From Acidobacteriota bacterium (lineage in GTDB: Bacteria; Acidobacteriota; Holophagae; Acanthopleuribacterales; Acanthopleuribacteraceae): DNA of 64,000 bases. Positions within the stretch are counted from its first letter, which is position 1. The number at the start of each line of letters is the position of its first letter. The position numbers and the translations under genes were made by a program. Positions 59,035 to 64,000 of the stretch are shown here, one piece after another. The stretch is taken from positions 109,513-173,512 of the forward strand of contig JACJWC010000005.1 in the NCBI GenBank assembly GCA_020637335.1, written 5' to 3'. The notes under the pieces were generated by a model. The model was given only the letters and a program-made list of their open reading frames with translations. It did not search any database and had not been told where the DNA came from.

Positions 59035-60010
59035 GCCATCGCTTGGATGCTTCAAGACTGCTGCTGAGAATGGTCTCCAAATCGGAGTAACGCGGTGACC
59101 AATTGATAAGAGACTCTGCATAGCCGCAAGCAGCGTAAAGTGCAGGCGGATCCCCCTCTCGGCGCCCCACGATACGAACAGGCAACACTTGCCCCGTCAG
59201 CTTTTCAAGCGCCTCTACGACTTGTAGAACCGAGTAGGCATTTTCTGTTCCAAGGTTAGCGATCAGCGGGGTGCCCTTCGCCATTAAGTATTCCATGGCA
59301 GCAAGGTGGGCCTCACTTAGGTCAGTGACATGGACGTAATCACGCAAACAACTGCCATCCGGCGTGTCGTAATCATTGCCATACACTTCCAAAAATGGCC
59401 GTTGCCCGCGGTAAACCTGCATGATCAGAGGTACTAAATTGGCGGGGTTCGATTCAAATCCCAAAAGTTTACCCGCCACGTCTACACCGGCAGCATTAAA
59501 GTAACGAAGAGCCGCATAGCGAATGCCGTGCAATCGGAAATACCAGTCCAGCAAATCCTCGATGGCCTTTTTTGTAAAGCCATAGAAGTTAACCGGTTGA
59601 AGTGGATGGCTCTCGTCCATGGGCAAATATTGCGGATTTCCATATACCGCAGCACTGGAACTGAAAATAATTGTCTTTACACCAAATTGGACCATGGCAT
59701 TTAACAGGTAAATACTGCCAATGATATTGTGGTCGGCATACAGTTCAGGCCGAATCATGGATTCACCCGCCGCCTTTTTCGCTGCGAAGTGCATGACTAC
59801 GGTTGGCCGGAACCCCTCAAAAACCTGCTGAACCCGCGCTTCATCGCGCAGATCACCCCAGAAAAACTCTGCATCGGAACACAGATTCTGAATACTGCCA
59901 CTGCTCAAGTTATCGAAAACAGCTACCTTAAAACCGCGCCTTAATAGGGCGTCAGTCACGTGGCTGCCAATGTAGCCCGCCCCACCAACGACCAGGACTT
60001 TTTCGCGCAA
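59024..60010 (-). CDS. galE: UDP-glucose 4-epimerase
   Basis: VLVVGGAGYIGSH NAD-binding motif, catalytic S...YxxxK (YGFTKKAIE), 328 aa, collinear with GalE. Confidence 0.85.
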   Translation of the reverse strand: MREKVLVVGGAGYIGSHVTDALLRRGFKVAVFDNLSSGSIQNLCSDAEFFWGDLRDEARVQQVFEGFRPTVVMHFAAKKAAGESMIRPELYADHNIIGSIYLLNAMVQFGVKTIIFSSSAAVYGNPQYLPMDESHPLQPVNFYGFTKKAIEDLLDWYFRLHGIRYAALRYFNAAGVDVAGKLLGFESNPANLVPLIMQVYRGQRPFLEVYGNDYDTPDGSCLRDYVHVTDLSEAHLAAMEYLMAKGTPLIANLGTENAYSVLQVVEALEKLTGQVLPVRIVGRREGDPPALYAACGYAESLINWSPRYSDLETILSSSLEASKRWPNR

Positions 60011-60013
60011 GGT

Positions 60014-60730
60014 CTATTTCCGAATTGCCTGATAGGCAGCAAGAATGGTTTTCACCATTTGATCTGTATCCATCAGCGCATTGTTGAGAATGAGGTGGTA
60101 AAGACTTGGGTCCTCGATTGAAACACCCAAATACTGCTTAACAAAGGCTTCGCGCTTTTCCTGATTACTCAAGACCCGTTCCCGCGCATCATGGCCTGAC
60201 AATTTCCACCGACGCGCGTGGTTTTCGATGCGCCAATCCAAATCGGCAACAAGGCGCACGTGTAAGCCCGTCTTAAAGTCCCGCGTAAATACCGGTGAAC
60301 CTTTGCCTAATAAAATTACGTGTCCGCGCCGGGCCAGCATGCGAATCAACTTGCCCAAATTAGCGACCGCCATATGCTGGTTCTTTTTGCCAAACATGGC
60401 CTCTTGCAAGTAGCCTTGGATATCCGAATGGCCATACTCCTCAAGGATATATAGCATTTCTTCGGAAACCAAATCCGGGTCGGCGAACTTCAACAGCGTT
60501 TCGCGATCGAATTGAACCCATTCCAGATCACCGGGCTTTTGGTTCAGTGCATTACACAAGGCTTGAGATAATTCGCGGCCATCACAGCCGTACTCGCGGG
60601 AAAGGGTTATAAAACCCGGTTGGGTGCTGTCTTTGTGACGCATGGACAATTGGAGTTGTGCAGCGACTTTTAGATCGGTTTCACGCGTTGGCCAACTGGA
60701 CATGAGGACCTCCCCTTCTGGCGGTATCAC
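60014..60730 (-). CDS. Cytidylate kinase-like family protein
   Basis: A 238-aa ORF with an AAA_33/cytidylate kinase-2-like sequence. It has a degenerate P-loop (ITLSREYGCDGRE) rather than the canonical GxxGSGKS. Confidence 0.55.
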   Translation of the reverse strand: MIPPEGEVLMSSWPTRETDLKVAAQLQLSMRHKDSTQPGFITLSREYGCDGRELSQALCNALNQKPGDLEWVQFDRETLLKFADPDLVSEEMLYILEEYGHSDIQGYLQEAMFGKKNQHMAVANLGKLIRMLARRGHVILLGKGSPVFTRDFKTGLHVRLVADLDWRIENHARRWKLSGHDARERVLSNQEKREAFVKQYLGVSIEDPSLYHLILNNALMDTDQMVKTILAAYQAIRK

Positions 60731-60854
60731 CTTCCCAATTTACCATAATCAAGCATCAATCCCAATCCCATCGCGCCGGCTTCCAATACTTTCAAAATAT
60801 TTAAATTCAATCTTTTATGAATCCATTAGCGCGCATTCGTTTTGGCGAGAATCC

Positions 60855-62936
60855 ATGAATTTGAACCCCAATATTGCCTTTGGTTTTCTAGATCCGAAAC
60901 GTTTATACCTCTATAATGCAGCCTATTTGGAGGCGCAAATGGATGCAGGACTGTTGGAATCTTTAGGAATCGGTCACGCGGATGCCCAACGGATCGCCAG
61001 CCAGCTTGATGCCCTTAAAAAAGAAGGACTTGCGGGCTGGCGCAAATGGTGCGACCAGGCTAACCCCCATTGGCCGATCGCTGTGCACCGCAGCGTCCAT
61101 CGCTATTTTTTTGAGGCGTGGCCCTCAAACCAGGGGCCGACACCCGTTTGGCTTGCTCCAGAGGCAGGATCGTCTCGCTTAGACCAATTCATGCAATCCG
61201 CTGGTTTTGAGGACTATGCCGAATTTCATCGTTGGTCTGTGTCTCAACCTCTGGCGTTTTGGCACCAGGCGATAGAACGGGTCGGCATCCGATTCCAACG
61301 CCCGGCGCAGGCGGTTTGTCAACAGCCGCTCGATGTGACCCGTCCAAATTGGCTGCCCGGCGCTTTACTCAATATCGCCGAAAGCTGTTTCACCGCAGAA
61401 CCCAATGCCATTGCCATTCGAACTGCAAGCGAACATAACCCGACTATCAGCGAAATCACCTATGCAGAACTGTTTGAACAGACCCAACAAGTCGCCGCAG
61501 GACTGCGCCGCCTCGGTTTTGGACCCGGTGACCGCATCGCCATTGATATGCCCATGCATGCCTGGTCGGTGCCGATTTACTTGGGCATCGTTTGGGTTGG
61601 GGCCGTTGTGGTTTCAATTGCAGATTCATTTTCGCCAGATGAAATTGCCGTTCGCTTGCGCATTTCCGAGGCCAAGGCCATCTTTACCCAAGGCTCCATT
61701 TTGCGCGGCGATAAACAATTGCCCTTGTACGAAAAGGTGGTGGCCGCAAATGCGCCGCTCGCCATTGTCATGGATCCGCCTCAAACCCTGCGCGCCAGCG
61801 ACACCGCCTGGTCCAATTTTTTGGCAAAAGGCGAAGCGGAAAGCGCAGTGGCACGCGGACCAGAAGATCTGGTCAACATTCTTTTTTCTTCCGGCACGAC
61901 GGGTGACCCCAAAGCCATCCCTTGGACCCACACCACGCCGATTAAATGTGCGGTGGACGGTGCCTTTCATCAAGATATTGGGCCAAATGACATTGTCGCC
62001 TGGCCGACCAACCTCGGATGGATGATGGGGCCCTGGTTGCTTTTTGCCACCCTGATCAATCGCGGCACCTTGGCGCTTTTCGACGGTGCACCCCATGGCG
62101 TTGGCTTTCTGGATTTTGTGGAACGGGCCAAAGTTACCGTTTTAGGTTTAGTACCCAGCCTTTTACGCGCCTGGCTCAACCAAACGCATTGGTCCGAAGT
62201 GAATTGGACTTCGATCAAGTGTTTTTCCTCCACAGGCGAATGTTCCAATGCTGAAGATATGTTCGCTTTAATGGTCAAAGGCGGCTACAAACCCGTGATT
62301 GAATACTGTGGCGGCACCGAAATTGGCGGCGCTTACATCACCGGAACCCGGGTCCAAAATGCAGCGCCAAGCACCTTTTCAACCCCAGCATTAGGCCTGA
62401 ACTTTTTCTTGCTGGACGAACAGCACCAGCCGTCCTCAAGCGGGGAAGTATTTCTGGTTCCGCCCTCGATCGGTTTGAGCAATTCCCTGCTCAACCGGGA
62501 CCATTTCGAAACTTATTTTCAGGATGTCCCGCACGGCCCAAATGGTGAGATTTTGCGCCGGCACGGCGATGAGTTGGCGGGGTTAGGTGGCGGCTATTTT
62601 CGAGCCTTGGGTCGGGCTGATGACACCATGAACCTCGGCGGCATCAAGGTTTCCAGCGCAGAACTGGAACGCGCCATGAGCAGTGTACCCGGCATTCTCG
62701 AAGTCGTTGCGGTCGCCGAAAATCCGCCCGGCGGCGGGCCTAGCCTGTTGGTTGTCTTTGTCCGACCGGACCAAACCCGCAATCCGAACCTCAAGGCGGA
62801 TTGTCAAAAGGCTATTCGCGACAAATTGAATCCGCTTTTCCGCATTCACCGCCTGATTGAGGTGGAAAGCATTCCGCGCACGGCCTCCGGCAAAATCATG
62901 CGTCGAATCCTACGCGACCACATCAAAACCAGTTAA
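60855..62936 (+). CDS. AMP-dependent synthetase/ligase (acyl-/acetoacetyl-CoA synthetase-like) with extended N-terminal region
   Basis: The AMP-binding motif I SSGTTGDPKAI is present, along with an ACS-N-like region (AFWHQAIERV...WLPGALLNIAESC) and the C-terminal catalytic Lys region (RTASGKIMRR). Start is set at the internal Met 60855 to avoid overlap with the divergent gene. Confidence 0.75.
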   Translation: MNLNPNIAFGFLDPKRLYLYNAAYLEAQMDAGLLESLGIGHADAQRIASQLDALKKEGLAGWRKWCDQANPHWPIAVHRSVHRYFFEAWPSNQGPTPVWLAPEAGSSRLDQFMQSAGFEDYAEFHRWSVSQPLAFWHQAIERVGIRFQRPAQAVCQQPLDVTRPNWLPGALLNIAESCFTAEPNAIAIRTASEHNPTISEITYAELFEQTQQVAAGLRRLGFGPGDRIAIDMPMHAWSVPIYLGIVWVGAVVVSIADSFSPDEIAVRLRISEAKAIFTQGSILRGDKQLPLYEKVVAANAPLAIVMDPPQTLRASDTAWSNFLAKGEAESAVARGPEDLVNILFSSGTTGDPKAIPWTHTTPIKCAVDGAFHQDIGPNDIVAWPTNLGWMMGPWLLFATLINRGTLALFDGAPHGVGFLDFVERAKVTVLGLVPSLLRAWLNQTHWSEVNWTSIKCFSSTGECSNAEDMFALMVKGGYKPVIEYCGGTEIGGAYITGTRVQNAAPSTFSTPALGLNFFLLDEQHQPSSSGEVFLVPPSIGLSNSLLNRDHFETYFQDVPHGPNGEILRRHGDELAGLGGGYFRALGRADDTMNLGGIKVSSAELERAMSSVPGILEVVAVAENPPGGGPSLLVVFVRPDQTRNPNLKADCQKAIRDKLNPLFRIHRLIEVESIPRTASGKIMRRILRDHIKTS

Positions 62937-63200
62937 AGGCTGCAGATACCCGATGGATTGAGACGACCTATTCCCTGCTCAACAGCCAGCTGATATTGCG
63001 GGTTCATGAGACGGTGAAGGGGTACATCAACGTGATTCTCGGGCAGGGCTTCGAGCCGATAACTAAAGCCTTTGATTGCCAATTCAACCGGTAATGTGGG
63101 CTCAATATTGCCCTGCAGCGGATTGGATTCTGACCTCGGATTCAGGCCAGGTCTCAGCAGGAGCAAACACATGGAACCGTTTTTTTAACCCATAAAAGAT

Positions 63201-64000
63201 TCACGTTGCGTCGCGAACCACCGAGGTGGCCAATAACAAGCTGTAACCCAAATAGCAGGCCAATAAAATGGCACCATCGGTACGAGAGAGCCGACCTTGT
63301 TTTTTCTTCCAGCCATAACCAAAAAGGAACAGGGAAAGGGTGAGGGCCCCCATGACGACGCCGTCCCGGCTGATCACTTCCGCATCCAAGGTAAAAGGGG
63401 CGATCACACCTGCAATCCCGATAACCGTCAACGTATTAAATAAGTTACTGCCAATCACGTTCCCGATCGCCAGTTCGTGCTCCCCTTTTCGGGTCGCCAT
63501 AATGGAACTGGCCAGTTCGGGTAAGGAGGTGCCAATAGCCACAATGGTCAAGCCGATGATCAAATCGCTAACCCCAAATGAAACCGCAATGGATACCGCA
63601 CCCCAAACCAGGATTCGGGAACTGATAATCAAAACAACCAAGCCCAAAAACAACCAAAAAAGGGCCATTTTCAGGCTCATTTTGTGGCTGATCAATTCCC
63701 GATCAATTTCCTGACTCAAATTGTCCTCGCGTTGCTGTAAGCCTTGGCGGATGCTCCAGGCCATGAGAAACGCAAACACCACTAATAAAATCACGCCATC
63801 CATTCGGCTGAGTTCACAGTCGTAGATGAGAAACAAGCAGATGGCGGTAACCAGCGCCAATACAGGCAACTCTTTGCGCAGAATTTGCGAATGCATGGCA
63901 ATTGGCGCGATGACAGCTGTAGTGCCCAAGATCAGACCGATATTGGTGATGTTGCTGCCAAAAGCGTTGCCAATCGCCAGGCCGGGATTGCCTTGCAGGG
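63201..64000 (-). CDS. Ca2+:cation antiporter (CaCA/YrbG family), 5' end runs off the window
   Basis: The alpha-2 repeat GNVIGSNLFN lies inside the ORF. Reading upstream of the listed TTG, the same frame gives ...GNAFGSNITNIGLILG (alpha-1 repeat) up to position 64000 with no stop, so the gene is truncated by the window edge. Confidence 0.75.
   Translation of the reverse strand, partial: LQGNPGLAIGNAFGSNITNIGLILGTTAVIAPIAMHSQILRKELPVLALVTAICLFLIYDCELSRMDGVILLVVFAFLMAWSIRQGLQQREDNLSQEIDRELISHKMSLKMALFWLFLGLVVLIISSRILVWGAVSIAVSFGVSDLIIGLTIVAIGTSLPELASSIMATRKGEHELAIGNVIGSNLFNTLTVIGIAGVIAPFTLDAEVISRDGVVMGALTLSLFLFGYGWKKKQGRLSRTDGAILLACYLGYSLLLATSVVRDAT

Noticed and set aside
62933-63172. 79-aa minus-strand ORF between the CoA ligase and the CaCA antiporter
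   Set aside because: It has no motifs and an odd composition, and it occupies what is more likely the intergenic terminator or promoter region of convergent genes.

Overview
This is a 64 kb stretch of Gram-negative bacterial chromosome at about 50% GC. The gene content resembles Bdellovibrio-like or deltaproteobacterial genomes: prolyl oligopeptidase, M16 and S41 peptidases, an STK-AAA-TPR kinase, a FIST sensor, sigma-54 and c-di-GMP signalling proteins. That placement is inference only. The window is densely coded, with about 50 CDS, one tRNA-Arg(ACG) and one tRNA-like remnant. No CRISPR array, transposase or integrase was seen. Housekeeping genes recognised are dnaE, rplI, ttcA, dusA, galE, a RluA-family pseudouridine synthase and fdhD. 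Five regions stand out. (1) At 11.2-16.1 kb a 2-TM K+ channel (TVGYG filter plus RCK domain) is translationally coupled to a large membrane protein that carries an N-terminal HSP90-like GHKL ATPase and a transglutaminase-like domain between two TM helices. It is followed by a second protein whose N-terminus is a catalytically degenerate copy of that GHKL domain. This is the best candidate for an undescribed system. (2) An orphan RtcR (CARF plus sigma-54 activator) has no rtcB/rtcA partner. It is divergent from a tRNA-like remnant, a sigma-54-like promoter, a TM-less SPFH protein and a REC-HPt-REC-GGDEF regulator. (3) A PHA-granule cluster reads phaR, phasin, phasin, patatin-like lipase, thioesterase, with no synthase in the window. 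(4) A two-domain PPK2 is interrupted by one in-frame TAA. (5) A 422-aa protein carries four collinear RelA/SpoT-like nucleotidyltransferase motifs.
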